This document shows, in pieces, positions 1 through 9,229 of a DNA stretch of 64,000 nucleotides (position 1 is its first letter; the number at the start of each line of letters is the position of its first letter). Made by a program: the position numbers and the translations under genes. The notes beneath the pieces were generated by a model that saw only the letters and a list, made by a program, of their open reading frames with translations, was not told the origin of the DNA and made no database searches. The stretch comes from a virus. The stretch covers positions 4,836 to 68,835 of the IMG/VR virus record IMGVR_UViG_3300048838_001413; one strand, given 5' to 3'.

Positions 1-310
1 TAATCCTGATTTCATCGAAGGATTCAGGAAAGGGATAATCTTTCTGCATTGTATTATTATCAAAACAATCGCAAAGGTTTGACCATGCAGCATGAAAGGC
101 AAGCAATGATTCAACCTTTTGTCGTTGGTTATTGTCAGTACTAACCAACGATAAGTGTTCATTCCCATTCTCTATGTCAGTCATACATGAATAGACTCCA
201 ACCTGTTCGGGAGTAATCCATATTACTGTACCATTTTCGAGAATAACAAAGTTATGTGTTTCACCACCGCCTGCTATTTCTGAATAAGTTTCTCTGATGT
301 TTGTGTTCAT
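1..310 (-). CDS. Hypothetical early protein (runs off the window edge)
   Basis: ATG at 310, 16 nt downstream of pseudoknot repeat copy 1; open frame MNTNIRETYSEIAGG... Confidence 0.7.
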   Translation of the reverse strand, partial: MNTNIRETYSEIAGGGETHNFVILENGTVIWITPEQVGVYSCMTDIENGNEHLSLVSTDNNQRQKVESLLAFHAAWSNLCDCFDNNTMQKDYPFPESFDEIRI

Positions 311-326
311 TTCGATTAAGATTTTC

Positions 327-359
327 GGCAGGGTTAACGCTGGCCGGCTGCCACTCAGC
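327..359 (-). repeat. Early-gene leader pseudoknot repeat, copy 1
   Basis: + strand GGCAGGGTTAACGCTGGCCGGCTGCCACTCAGC. Confidence 0.9.
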
Positions 360-379
360 TTTGAAAAATTTTCCAATTT

Positions 380-793
380 TTAAATCTGATCTCTATAGGG
401 ATCATTTAACGCATCGTTGACATCTTCCCAACATGCGAGATACCATTCCTGAGCATCTTCGCCCGAGAACCATGCGGGAGTAAAGCCCTTGATTCCGTGG
501 GCTTCGTGAAATTCGCCGCTGATCTCGAAAGGTTCAGCAATGCCATGTTCGTCGAACTTGATGTCAAGCGATATTCCATACCCGTAAGGGTCGGGCAGGT
601 GCTCAAACACCTGTTTCATCAGGGCATCAACTTTCGGGGCTTCTTCATCGGTAAAAAGCCGGTTGTTTCCTATGGTAATTACATCAGCAGCCGGATCGTC
701 GGGGTGATATAGTTCACCATTTTTTGCTAACTGAGCGAGAAACCTTTTGGCTTCTGCCTCTGAATTGATACTTTCGGGGAGGGTTGTTTTCAT
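380..793 (-). CDS. Hypothetical phage protein
   Basis: 137 aa ORF, co-oriented with neighbours. Confidence 0.75.
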   Translation of the reverse strand: MKTTLPESINSEAEAKRFLAQLAKNGELYHPDDPAADVITIGNNRLFTDEEAPKVDALMKQVFEHLPDPYGYGISLDIKFDEHGIAEPFEISGEFHEAHGIKGFTPAWFSGEDAQEWYLACWEDVNDALNDPYRDQI

Positions 794-1311
794 ACATAGA
801 ATTTGTTAATTGACCAATAAAGTTTTTCGCTGATCTGTTTTGCCTTATATAACGGGCAAAACTTTGCACCGGCCTCAAACTGTGACGGGGTGAGGGGTGT
901 TTTGTATTCGTTTTCGCCATTCAACCAGGCGTTGAATTGCCCGAGAAGCGAAACGATGAAAGGGGATTTTTGATTTTGTGCCCAACCATACCAAAATTTT
1001 AAACGATCGGATAAATCTGAAAATCTGATAAACGCATCTTTGCTTAGGCTGAGCACACATTTTCCGGCCAATGCAACCGAAAATTTGAGTGCAACTTCGT
1101 GCCGGAGGTAATCTGCCTCATTCATCCATTCGGGCAGAATTTCGGTGCGCTGCTTATACATAGGCACATCGATAGACTGATCGAAGTCGTGAGAAACAAA
1201 CTTTTTGGTAAGCTGTTTCAGGTCGCCGGTAAAGTTCTCAGCGAAGCATAAAGCACCGTAAGTGCCTTGATTTTCGCCATCGGCGTGATAGATGATAACT
1301 TGCTTTTTCAT
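790..1311 (-). CDS. Hypothetical protein (likely start MKKQVII at 1311)
   Basis: Start abuts the stop of 1313..1549; stop overlaps the next start. Confidence 0.7.
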   Translation of the reverse strand: MKKQVIIYHADGENQGTYGALCFAENFTGDLKQLTKKFVSHDFDQSIDVPMYKQRTEILPEWMNEADYLRHEVALKFSVALAGKCVLSLSKDAFIRFSDLSDRLKFWYGWAQNQKSPFIVSLLGQFNAWLNGENEYKTPLTPSQFEAGAKFCPLYKAKQISEKLYWSINKFYV

Positions 1312-1312
1312 G

Positions 1313-1549
1313 TTATTTAGGATTAACTGCCTCTTCTTCCATGTGATAATTGGCAGATCTGTTTTGCGTTTGGTTGATGTGCTGCATATTATACACATCA
1401 TCACTGAGAAGCTTGCCTTCTGTGCTTGCTTTTGCGTGTCGTTTGGCAAATGCAATGGCTTTTCCTTTCGAGGTAAACAGCCCCAAAATAGCCATGCTTG
1501 CGTATTCATGCCACGCATTACATGAATAAAGGATTGTTGTTTTTTTCAC
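1313..1549 (-). CDS. Hypothetical protein
   Basis: 78 aa, start 17 nt after repeat copy 2. Confidence 0.7.
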   Translation of the reverse strand: MKKTTILYSCNAWHEYASMAILGLFTSKGKAIAFAKRHAKASTEGKLLSDDVYNMQHINQTQNRSANYHMEEEAVNPK

Positions 1550-1566
1550 TTTTATTGGGTATTAAA

Positions 1567-1599
1567 GGCAGGGTTAACGGAGGCCGGCTGCCACTCTCC
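1567..1599 (-). repeat. Leader pseudoknot repeat, copy 2
   Basis: GGCAGGGTTAACGGAGGCCGGCTGCCACTCTCC. Confidence 0.9.
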
Positions 1600-1607
1600 T
1601 GATTGGG

Positions 1608-1736
1608 TTAAGGAATAACCTTGCTTTTCTTGTTATCGATTAAGCAGAAATACACACCTTTTTGGTTGATTTTTGCTTTTGCTATTTTGTAAAGCAGGTT
1701 TTTATTTTTCAGCGTTTCAAGTTTGATGATTTTCAT
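1608..1736 (-). CDS. Small basic protein (42 aa, below the ORF-track cutoff)
   Basis: MKIIKLETLKNKNLL...KVIP; fills the gap between a CTATA-N16-ATTGG motif and repeat copy 2. Confidence 0.5.
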   Translation of the reverse strand: MKIIKLETLKNKNLLYKIAKAKINQKGVYFCLIDNKKSKVIP

Positions 1737-1760
1737 GGCTGTAAAATTTTTCCAATTATT

Positions 1761-3158
1761 TTATTCAGCCATTATAGCAGTTAAGTTGTTGGCAAAATCC
1801 CACAGTTCGTCGGTATGCTTTACCCACCACACTTTCGAGAAACGTGACCAGCGAAACCCTGTCATTTTCAGCAATTCGATGATGGTATCATCCGGTTTGG
1901 ATGAAAAGGAAATTTCAATGCCGTTTTTCTCTTCGTTTTTACGCACTACAATGCCGGCGTTATCGATGGGTTCAGCGTGCATGGGTTCGGTTTCGTCCGG
2001 TTGCTCCGTGATGGCTTTCCATTTGTGATTTTCCTGATCACGAACGATAGAAAAGGGGGTTGATGGGATTTCGAGTTGATAGAAAATACGATTCAACTCT
2101 TCCCGCTCTGTACCAAATTCGTTTGTTTTGTGATTTTCTTTGACAAGCGCCGCTATAATAGCCTCGGTTTCGTCAGACATTGAGCGATCTTCAAACACAT
2201 AATTGCATCCGCCGAAAACTTCGTTGAAAAGATCGGGGCTGTAGTCACGGAAATCGCCTGACGAATCGGTAACGTGATCTTCATACTTTGAAGAGATCTC
2301 CTTCACCTGGTTTTTAGTTGGCCCGTCCGTCCAGCGAATATCACAGGAAGAATACGAACTTGTGATGCTGAATTTTACTTCCGGAAAAAGGCGTTTCAAT
2401 TCAATGCGAAGATTCACGGCCACATGCTTTCCACCGCCTGAATTTCGGGAAGGTTTCTGCAAATACGGGTAACTTTGCTCAATCTCAGCGATCTGAGCAT
2501 CGCGCTCAGCTTTGGCAGCGGCTTCACGGGCAGGGCGGGCATCCTCGTCGGCCTGAGCCTTGGCAAGTGCTTTTTCGAGTAATTCGGCAGCAAATTCAGG
2601 AGAAACAACATCGCCCTTTTTGTAGTATTTCCCAATGCCGGACTTGTGCTCAATATCACGCAGGTATGACAAGCTATCATGCGTAATTTGAAGATTGGTT
2701 TCGTTTACGGTGTAATAGTCAAACTCGTCCAGTTTGTAAATAATTAATCGTTTATCATAACTTACGTTCTGACCGGAATCATTCATGAAAACAACCTGCC
2801 CAACCTCGATTTTATACGCTTCGTCCTTTGATGGGAGTTCGTCGGTATTGGCCTGAAACTTTGCCAAAGCAGCCATATGCAGGGCTTTTACCTTTGCCTC
2901 TGTGGCTATTGCTTTTTCAGAACCGAGTTCGATGGTTTTTTCCATATCGCTCATTGAGAACGAAACGCAATACATAGAGCCTGATGTTCCGGCATCGTTT
3001 ACCTTCATGGCATAAGACCTTATGCCACCCCTGCCTTTAGAGGTTATTATCTCATAGCAATACCCTTTTATTTTGATAAGGGTTTCGCCCATCCACTCAC
3101 CATGGCTGCGGGTAATTCGGGTTTTTGGTTCTTCGGTAATGAATTTTGATTTTTCCAT
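1761..3158 (-). CDS. LPD29 (large polyvalent protein-associated domain 29)-containing protein
   Basis: VAVNLRIELKRLFPEVKFSI...IRWTDGPT motif; C-terminal GIEISFSSKP...GFRWSRFSKVWW domain. Confidence 0.7.
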   Translation of the reverse strand: MEKSKFITEEPKTRITRSHGEWMGETLIKIKGYCYEIITSKGRGGIRSYAMKVNDAGTSGSMYCVSFSMSDMEKTIELGSEKAIATEAKVKALHMAALAKFQANTDELPSKDEAYKIEVGQVVFMNDSGQNVSYDKRLIIYKLDEFDYYTVNETNLQITHDSLSYLRDIEHKSGIGKYYKKGDVVSPEFAAELLEKALAKAQADEDARPAREAAAKAERDAQIAEIEQSYPYLQKPSRNSGGGKHVAVNLRIELKRLFPEVKFSITSSYSSCDIRWTDGPTKNQVKEISSKYEDHVTDSSGDFRDYSPDLFNEVFGGCNYVFEDRSMSDETEAIIAALVKENHKTNEFGTEREELNRIFYQLEIPSTPFSIVRDQENHKWKAITEQPDETEPMHAEPIDNAGIVVRKNEEKNGIEISFSSKPDDTIIELLKMTGFRWSRFSKVWWVKHTDELWDFANNLTAIMAE

Positions 3159-3174
3159 TGGTTTGAAATTTTTC

Positions 3175-3208
3175 GGCAGGGTTAACTGAGGCCAGCTGCT
3201 ACTCTCGG
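3175..3208 (-). repeat. Leader pseudoknot repeat, copy 3
   Basis: GGCAGGGTTAACTGAGGCCAGCTGCTACTCTCGG. Confidence 0.9.
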
Positions 3209-3247
3209 TTAAAATTTTCCAATTCTGAGATTAAACCCTTATAGAGT

Positions 3248-3454
3248 TTATAATTCGTTAAAGAAAAAGTTGAAATACTCTTTGTTGTGCTCCTGATTAT
3301 TCAGGTAATTACACATTTGCTTTTTTAACGCCTTTGGCATAGCTTTGAATTGCTCCCTTGCCTGAGCTCTTTGCCCGTTGATTACAGATTCGACACACAT
3401 ATCGAAGTACTGTTCTACTGTTTTAAATCCGTAAAATTTTAAAAGCTTTTTCAT
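3248..3454 (-). CDS. Hypothetical protein
   Basis: 68 aa ORF lying between repeat copies 3 and 4. Confidence 0.75.
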   Translation of the reverse strand: MKKLLKFYGFKTVEQYFDMCVESVINGQRAQAREQFKAMPKALKKQMCNYLNNQEHNKEYFNFFFNEL

Positions 3455-3470
3455 TGGTTTGAAATTTTTC

Positions 3471-3504
3471 GGCAGGGTTAACTGAGGCCAGCTGCTACTC
3501 TCGG
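3471..3504 (-). repeat. Leader pseudoknot repeat, copy 4
   Basis: Identical to copy 3, including flanks. Confidence 0.9.
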
Positions 3505-3543
3505 TTAAAATTTTCCAATATTTGAGATAGTCCCTTATAGGGT

Positions 3544-4809
3544 TTAAGCCACTTCCAATTCGAGGACTTTCTTTATTTTCCGTATATTTTTTTTCACGGT
3601 TTTGATTATTTCGTCATGGTATTCCGTTGGCTGATTAAACTTTCCACGGGATTGCCTGATGTCGAAACTTTCGAGGTTAACTTCAATGGTTTCGAGCCTT
3701 TGTTCGCCTTTCTTTGCGCTAAGGATAAGGCTTTCGGGTTTTGCGTAATATTTGTTTTCAAATACGCAATGGTGTAACACATCGCCCTCGATCTGAAATT
3801 CCTGCACACTTTTAAGCGGGGTAATTTCGATATCCTTGCTTTTGATAAGCAGGTCGAAGAATTTTTCTTTTTCCTGTTGAAATTGTGCTTCGGCTTCCCT
3901 GATCTTTTTCGCATTTTCCTCAGCCGTTTGTTTACGACGAAATTCAGCCCGTTTTTTTGCCCAATAATCATGAGCCTGTTGCAGGTTTTCGGGGCATACA
4001 TACTTCGGGTTGCGTGTATCTTTGCCGAAAACAGTGAGATTATCAACCATATCCTGCCAATTGGTTACGTCAGAAACGATGTAATTATTCCGGATGCAGA
4101 TTTTAACGGTTGGCCAGTATTTATCAAGATTAAAACCTTTCACCAAATAATAGCCCAAAAGGTTCATCTGCTTTGCTTTCAGCAGGGTTTCGGCTCTGCA
4201 ATCCGTAATAATAGCCGGAAACAAATCAGAAAAGCTGATCGGGTGGCAGTCTTTTTCAAACCCGTTGCGCTTGATAATATCGATTACTTTTTGCCTCGGG
4301 TAAACGAACGGGAACAGGCGGTAACGCTGATGGAAATTCCGTATTTCCATTTCTGAGTTAAATGACCATAAATCGTAATAAAAGTAACTCATGCCGGTAC
4401 GTTTGGCGATGATGGTTTCTTTGCCATTGCTGTCGTACCACAACTGAACCACTTCGCTCCAAAAGTATTGGGCTTTTTTACCCACCTTGCAACTTTTTTC
4501 CACCCAAAAATATCTAACCACCTGATAGCCGTTTGATACGGTAAGAATTGCAGCATATTCTTTTCCGCTACAGGTTCGCGCTTTAGTACCGAGCAGTTCA
4601 AATGCTGAGCCACATTCGGGGCAGGTGTTTTCTTCGCCCTTATTAGGCCAGCGATGGCCGCACTCAAAACAAACGTACTCTTTTTTGGTGCGATAGCCCC
4701 AATTCGGGAAGCAGTTCTTAAACGCCCACGCCTTTTGCACTGCCGTGATTTTTGGCAGCTTTTTGCTCAGGCTGAGGATCTTTTCCTGTGTTTTATTTTT
4801 CGGCTTCAT
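3544..4809 (-). CDS. PcfJ domain-containing protein
   Basis: Zn ribbon CFECGH...CPECG; C-terminal EGDVLHHCVF...ETIEV...QSRG; adjacent to PcfK. Confidence 0.85.
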   Translation of the reverse strand: MKPKNKTQEKILSLSKKLPKITAVQKAWAFKNCFPNWGYRTKKEYVCFECGHRWPNKGEENTCPECGSAFELLGTKARTCSGKEYAAILTVSNGYQVVRYFWVEKSCKVGKKAQYFWSEVVQLWYDSNGKETIIAKRTGMSYFYYDLWSFNSEMEIRNFHQRYRLFPFVYPRQKVIDIIKRNGFEKDCHPISFSDLFPAIITDCRAETLLKAKQMNLLGYYLVKGFNLDKYWPTVKICIRNNYIVSDVTNWQDMVDNLTVFGKDTRNPKYVCPENLQQAHDYWAKKRAEFRRKQTAEENAKKIREAEAQFQQEKEKFFDLLIKSKDIEITPLKSVQEFQIEGDVLHHCVFENKYYAKPESLILSAKKGEQRLETIEVNLESFDIRQSRGKFNQPTEYHDEIIKTVKKNIRKIKKVLELEVA

Positions 4810-4820
4810 TTCAGGCAGTT

Positions 4821-5237
4821 TTAGAAAAGTGATAACTGGCTTTTGCTGTGGGATTGCTCCGGTTCGTCGGTTTCATCCGTTTCATCGGCCTCCGGTTCGG
4901 TTTCGTCGGGTTCATCGGTTTCATCGGTTTCATCGGTTTCCGTTTCCGTTTCGGGTTCAACCTCGACAACAGCCTCGGGAGCATGAATTACTTCACAGTT
5001 AACCGGTTGGCCAACCTCGAGGTTATCTTCGTCAAAGTAATGCACCGCCATGCCGTACACTTCGGCATCGGTAAAGGCATTGCAGCCGCTTTTCTTCACC
5101 TGATTGAGAATATAGGTTACACAGTCGTCAATGTTTTTCCCCTCTTTGCCCAGGGAAATAGCGAATTGATCATCACGAACGGCTCGCATGGCAATGTATT
5201 CGGTGATAACGTTTGTAAAACTTTCGGTAGCTTTCAT
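4821..5237 (-). CDS. PcfK-like protein with acidic DET-repeat tail
   Basis: KNIDDCVTYILNQVKKSGCNAFTDAEVYGMAVHYFDED; ends QLSLF. Confidence 0.85.
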   Translation of the reverse strand: MKATESFTNVITEYIAMRAVRDDQFAISLGKEGKNIDDCVTYILNQVKKSGCNAFTDAEVYGMAVHYFDEDNLEVGQPVNCEVIHAPEAVVEVEPETETETDETDETDEPDETEPEADETDETDEPEQSHSKSQLSLF

Positions 5238-5251
5238 TGGTTTGATATTTC

Positions 5252-5285
5252 GGCAGGGTTAACTGAGGCCAGCTGCCACTCTCAG
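5252..5285 (-). repeat. Leader pseudoknot repeat, copy 5
   Basis: GGCAGGGTTAACTGAGGCCAGCTGCCACTCTCAG. Confidence 0.9.
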
Positions 5286-5315
5286 TGAAAATTTTCCAAT
5301 ATTTAATCAAAGCCC

Positions 5316-5390
5316 TTATAGCAGTCTTACCAACTGAAAGGCCAGGTAAATTATCGCGATTGCGATAACCGCGGGGGTAATTAAACCCAT
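5316..5390 (-). CDS. 24-aa hydrophobic peptide
   Basis: MGLITPAVIAIAIIYLAFQLVRLL; single TM segment; fills an intergenic gap. Confidence 0.45.
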   Translation of the reverse strand: MGLITPAVIAIAIIYLAFQLVRLL

Positions 5391-5406
5391 GGCTGTGTTG
5401 CAGATT

Positions 5407-5616
5407 TTAATTGCTTTTTTCATGGCTGAGGAAGTTGTAAAATTTATTTTCGTTTTCAACATCGAGCATCCGGACGAAAGTGGTAATCGACCGGTTGCTT
5501 TTTAGGGTAAACTTATTCCATAAGTGAGCGGCCAAATCATTCCCGAATATTTTAGAGAATAAATCCGGTGTTGCTGTGCTCTCAAATGAAAGTAGTTTTT
5601 GGATTTCAGTTTTCAT
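5407..5616 (-). CDS. Hypothetical protein (start MKTEIQK)
   Basis: Overlaps the stop of 5606..5830. Confidence 0.65.
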   Translation of the reverse strand: MKTEIQKLLSFESTATPDLFSKIFGNDLAAHLWNKFTLKSNRSITTFVRMLDVENENKFYNFLSHEKSN

Positions 5617-5830
5617 TTTTATCCTCCCGTAATTTAGCTGCATAATACAGCGAATCAGGTTTCGAGAATCCGGCTTCCACGTAAGCGATAACCCATGCTT
5701 TATTTTCGGGATATCCCTGTTTTTGATAGTGAGTGGCGAGCCGGTTTGCTTTGTCAATTTTGACAAGCATGAAACAGCATATCACGATAACCAGCATGAC
5801 TGCTTTCGCTATGATTTTTTCGGTTTTCAT
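5606..5830 (-). CDS. Small membrane-anchored protein
   Basis: N-terminal hydrophobic helix. Confidence 0.65.
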   Translation of the reverse strand: MKTEKIIAKAVMLVIVICCFMLVKIDKANRLATHYQKQGYPENKAWVIAYVEAGFSKPDSLYYAAKLREDKNEN

Positions 5831-5842
5831 ACTTCCGCCCCC

Positions 5843-7546
5843 TTATATTGCGTGATAACTGAGGCCGACGGTCTGCATGGCTTCATCAAGCTGAGCACGA
5901 CGTTTCTTGGAAAACAAATAACCATCCCTGCGCTCAGTACCAACGAGGATTTTGCATTTACTTCCGTATTTGAGCAAAAATTCATCGGGCAGTAAATCGG
6001 TTAAGCCGACTACGCCAAATGCTTTTTCGGTAACGCTTTCAATTACCGTGAGTAATTCAGGAAGATCTTCCTGCTCCGGCTCCGGTTCGGTTTCATCCAC
6101 GATAGCCTCGGGAATTTCTTCGGCTTCGGGTTCGGGTTTCGGCATTCTTGCGATAATAATTTCCCCGATTTTTCTTTCGGGCTGAATAGGGTTCTCAACT
6201 ACTTCGGCCGGTGCTTCGGCCTCGGGTGAAATTTCCCCGTTTTCATTTTCGGGCTGAATAGTGGTTTCGGCAGGGGTTTCGGCAGGGGTTTCAGCTGCGA
6301 TGATTTCGTCGAAACGGGCTTTCACCTCGCTTGCCAAAATAGTTACACCGCACTTTGATTTCAGGACATCAAGCCCGTGTAAATGCGATAATACTGAATG
6401 CCGGCTGCTTTTGTTGCCATCGCCTGAACAATTCATGATGATTTCGTTACTCCAATCCCGCTCGCTTTTGCGATACATAGCCAACCATTTCTCCAAAAGA
6501 GATTCAGCTTGTACGTTGGAACCCTTGCCGATTTTGCTACCAAATACCGGCTCTCCGATCGCTGCATCATCGATCATAAGCGGCATTAACAGCGTATTGC
6601 CGTTAATAATCATTGCCCTGTTTGAAGCCGACATTTCTATCGTAGTTGATTCGCTTGAAGTGTCGATGCCCTTTATCATATACGAGCCATTAAAAGCGAT
6701 AGGGAAGTACTTTGCACCAAACAGTACGCACGGCAATTCTGTGCGATATTCTGTATTCAAATCCAAATCCTCGGATTCGATTACCAAGCGATCAGGATGG
6801 GCAATCATGAGAACATTTTGCGTTACCTTGTTTGCCGATTTCAGCGCGTTTTTAACAGCGGATACAAAATCCGAAGTTTTTACAATCAGGCTTGCCGGAT
6901 TGTCGATCGGTATTACATTCCAATACTCAGGGTATCTACCCTCGATTAACCTGAAATTAATAATCTGTTTTTCAGAGATTATTTCCAAGCGAGGGTATTG
7001 CGAATTGTCAAAACTCACAACACCCGCTGCTATATTCGCAGCTGCAGCTTTCGGGATAATGACATTGCTGACCGTGGTCTGCTTATCTTTAAACCAGCGA
7101 AGCATATGGGCATCGGTAGCTGCAATTTGTTTTCCGCCTAAAAATACGCCTGACATTGCCGGCCGCAGATCATCATTTCCTGTGAAAGGCACAAGGCTTG
7201 CTACCTGAGCGGCCTCTTCCTCGCTAATTGTGTCGATGTAATCTTTGCAAGGAATAGCAAGCGGAAATTCATCAATATTGCCAATCAACGCAAATTTGCT
7301 TGCAGAGTTTCCTTTTTTTACGTGAAGAAACCCGTCACGGATTTCGGCGGAATCGTAACTGCCCACTTTGTTCAGGGATGTCAGGTCAATTACCCCTTCG
7401 CCCTTGATGTCCGTTTGCACGGAAAGACGAATTTCGAGGTTGTCACTGGTCGCCCATCCGTTTTGAATTAAGGCGGTTTGATCGATGATCGGCAGGGTGC
7501 TGCCTTTGGTAAGTTTCATCATTCGTTTGATGTCACTGTTTTTCAT
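5843..7546 (-). CDS. DNA polymerase III beta-clamp-like protein with long C-terminal extension
   Basis: DnaN-like motifs DDLRPAMSGVFL, AATDAHML, IEGRYPEYWNVIP, IAFNGSY, LLMPL. Confidence 0.8.
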   Translation of the reverse strand: MKNSDIKRMMKLTKGSTLPIIDQTALIQNGWATSDNLEIRLSVQTDIKGEGVIDLTSLNKVGSYDSAEIRDGFLHVKKGNSASKFALIGNIDEFPLAIPCKDYIDTISEEEAAQVASLVPFTGNDDLRPAMSGVFLGGKQIAATDAHMLRWFKDKQTTVSNVIIPKAAAANIAAGVVSFDNSQYPRLEIISEKQIINFRLIEGRYPEYWNVIPIDNPASLIVKTSDFVSAVKNALKSANKVTQNVLMIAHPDRLVIESEDLDLNTEYRTELPCVLFGAKYFPIAFNGSYMIKGIDTSSESTTIEMSASNRAMIINGNTLLMPLMIDDAAIGEPVFGSKIGKGSNVQAESLLEKWLAMYRKSERDWSNEIIMNCSGDGNKSSRHSVLSHLHGLDVLKSKCGVTILASEVKARFDEIIAAETPAETPAETTIQPENENGEISPEAEAPAEVVENPIQPERKIGEIIIARMPKPEPEAEEIPEAIVDETEPEPEQEDLPELLTVIESVTEKAFGVVGLTDLLPDEFLLKYGSKCKILVGTERRDGYLFSKKRRAQLDEAMQTVGLSYHAI

Positions 7547-7563
7547 TTTGATATGGTTTTTTT

Positions 7564-7597
7564 GGCAGGGTTAACTGAGGCCGGCTGCCACTCTCGG
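7564..7597 (-). repeat. Leader pseudoknot repeat, copy 6
   Basis: GGCAGGGTTAACTGAGGCCGGCTGCCACTCTCGG. Confidence 0.9.
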
Positions 7598-7636
7598 TTG
7601 AAAATTTTCCAATATTTTAATTAAGCCCTTATAGGG

Positions 7637-8617
7637 TTAATCAATCCAAAAAGTTCCGCAGTCGAGGCACTTGTTTCCGCATGGGTAATTGTTTATATAA
7701 ATCACGTTTCGGTGCCGGGTATATTTCATATCACATGGGGTGCATTTACCGGCTTTGAATGTGGCCTCATAAATGCGATCTCTTTCGAGAATAGCATTGA
7801 GGCTGCTTTTGGGCGCTTCGATCGCAATTTCGTCATGCTTAAACGAAAAGCAGGTATCATCGCACCAGTTCGAGAACATTCCGCAAACATCATAAGTGTA
7901 ATTATAGCTGATGCTGCGTTCAAATTTCAGATTATCTCTATCGAAAGGAAGCTGAAATTCATGGCCGTTGATTTGGCAATTATCGCCGGAACCATTGCCT
8001 GTATTAATAATTGCGATATGTGCATTTTTGAAAATGACCACATTCATATCGTCTGAAATGTCGAGCAGATCATCAATTCCTGATGTAAAATATACGACCA
8101 ACTGGCCGCCATAACTTGCCTGTTGCAGCATCATATCAATCGCACTATCGTGTATTGAATTTGTAATTGACAGCGCTTTTTTTATGATTATTCTATCAAG
8201 GCGATATGCAGCAGCACTTTGACCCCAACCATCAAATTCAAGCCCCGTATCGTAAAAGAAAATTTCGTCGCCGGTGTTTTTAATCAGCTGTTTAATGTCG
8301 AGATCAACGCTGATAAGATCACGTGCCCAATCTTTGAAATCATCCTCCCATTCGGTTTGTTCGCCAAGTTCGGCTTCAATTTGTTGCGCGAAGTATTCGA
8401 GCACTTCGGTAACTGCATCTCTTTCAAGACCGCAGATATGCTCGAGGTTGCAATCCCACAACTCATTCTCAACCTCCAATAATCCTTCCTTTGAGGAAAT
8501 AATCTTTTCGATTTGCTCTTTGCCCAATTCCTCGCGATAATCCCAATAAACTTCCGGCTGATGTTTTTCGATGTAAGCGATGATCTCTGCTTTTAGGTTT
8601 TCTGAAAGGTTTTCCAT
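7637..8617 (-). CDS. Hypothetical protein with C-terminal Cys/His cluster
   Basis: 326 aa; ends CTPCD...H...PCGNKCLDCGTFWID. Confidence 0.8.
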   Translation of the reverse strand: MENLSENLKAEIIAYIEKHQPEVYWDYREELGKEQIEKIISSKEGLLEVENELWDCNLEHICGLERDAVTEVLEYFAQQIEAELGEQTEWEDDFKDWARDLISVDLDIKQLIKNTGDEIFFYDTGLEFDGWGQSAAAYRLDRIIIKKALSITNSIHDSAIDMMLQQASYGGQLVVYFTSGIDDLLDISDDMNVVIFKNAHIAIINTGNGSGDNCQINGHEFQLPFDRDNLKFERSISYNYTYDVCGMFSNWCDDTCFSFKHDEIAIEAPKSSLNAILERDRIYEATFKAGKCTPCDMKYTRHRNVIYINNYPCGNKCLDCGTFWID

Positions 8618-8632
8618 TTTCGTAATTATTTC

Positions 8633-8665
8633 GGCAGGGGTAACGCTGGCCAGCTGCCACTCAGC
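8633..8665 (-). repeat. Leader pseudoknot repeat, copy 7
   Basis: GGCAGGGGTAACGCTGGCCAGCTGCCACTCAGC. Confidence 0.9.
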
Positions 8666-8675
8666 TTGAAATTAA

Positions 8676-8831
8676 TTACCAGATTTCAGTCCCGTTTGGT
8701 AGCCGGTCAACTTTAAGCCAGTTTTTAATCCATTGCTTTGCAGCGTTGAGGCTTGATTGACTTTCCGGAAAGTTATAACCGTAAAAATTGCCCTGAAGCC
8801 GGAACCACCTGTATTCTTTTCGTTTTGCCAT
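8676..8831 (-). CDS. 51-aa protein not in the ORF track
   Basis: MAKRKEYRWFRLQGNFYGYNFP...GTEIW; ATG 15 nt after repeat copy 8. Confidence 0.7.
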   Translation of the reverse strand: MAKRKEYRWFRLQGNFYGYNFPESQSSLNAAKQWIKNWLKVDRLPNGTEIW

Positions 8832-8846
8832 TTTCGTAATTATTTC

Positions 8847-8880
8847 GGCAGGGGTAACTGAGGCCGGCTGCCACTCTCGG
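8847..8880 (-). repeat. Leader pseudoknot repeat, copy 8
   Basis: GGCAGGGGTAACTGAGGCCGGCTGCCACTCTCGG. Confidence 0.9.
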
Positions 8881-8895
8881 TTGAAAATTTTCCAA

Positions 8896-9174
8896 TTATT
8901 TTAAATTCTCATTATAGGGATATTTCCCCACACCATAAGGAAATTGAACTTTTTGCAAAATGGGCACATGCGCATTCCAAACAACGCGGATAGTTTGCCC
9001 ATTATAAAGCAACGAAATATCACCGGCTGAATAGAACGATCTTTGCACCAATCGTTTCCAATTGGCAATGAGTTCCTTTTTCGTTTTTATACGCCACCCA
9101 ATGTAGCTGTTTCCATACCTGACAACGTATTTGTCGGGTAAACTGTCGCTATAAGCATTCCAAATTCTTTCCAT
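8896..9174 (-). CDS. Hypothetical protein (start MERIWNAY)
   Basis: ATG downstream of the ATTGGAAAATTTT motif. Confidence 0.65.
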   Translation of the reverse strand: MERIWNAYSDSLPDKYVVRYGNSYIGWRIKTKKELIANWKRLVQRSFYSAGDISLLYNGQTIRVVWNAHVPILQKVQFPYGVGKYPYNENLK

Positions 9175-9229
9175 TTTATTTCGTTTTAAGTGAAAATTTT
9201 CCAATATTTTGAAACGGCCTTTATAGAGA

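Noticed and set aside
327-359. Leader repeats as attC sites (GGCAGGGTTAAC resembles GGCAGGTAAC of attC 2)
   Set aside because: No long palindromic arms, no partner GTTRRRY box and no cassette-specific R-box complementarity
5856-5867. Partial match TAACTGAGGCC to the leader repeat
   Set aside because: Lies inside a coding sequence and lacks both GGCAG/CTGCC arms; chance or a decayed remnant
7564-7634. Leader repeat as a twister or pistol ribozyme, or an SAH riboswitch
   Set aside because: UAACCCUGCC recalls twister and the topology recalls SAH, but the twister L4/T1 elements, the pistol core and the SAH-conserved residues are not evident; a covariance-model search is needed to exclude them fully
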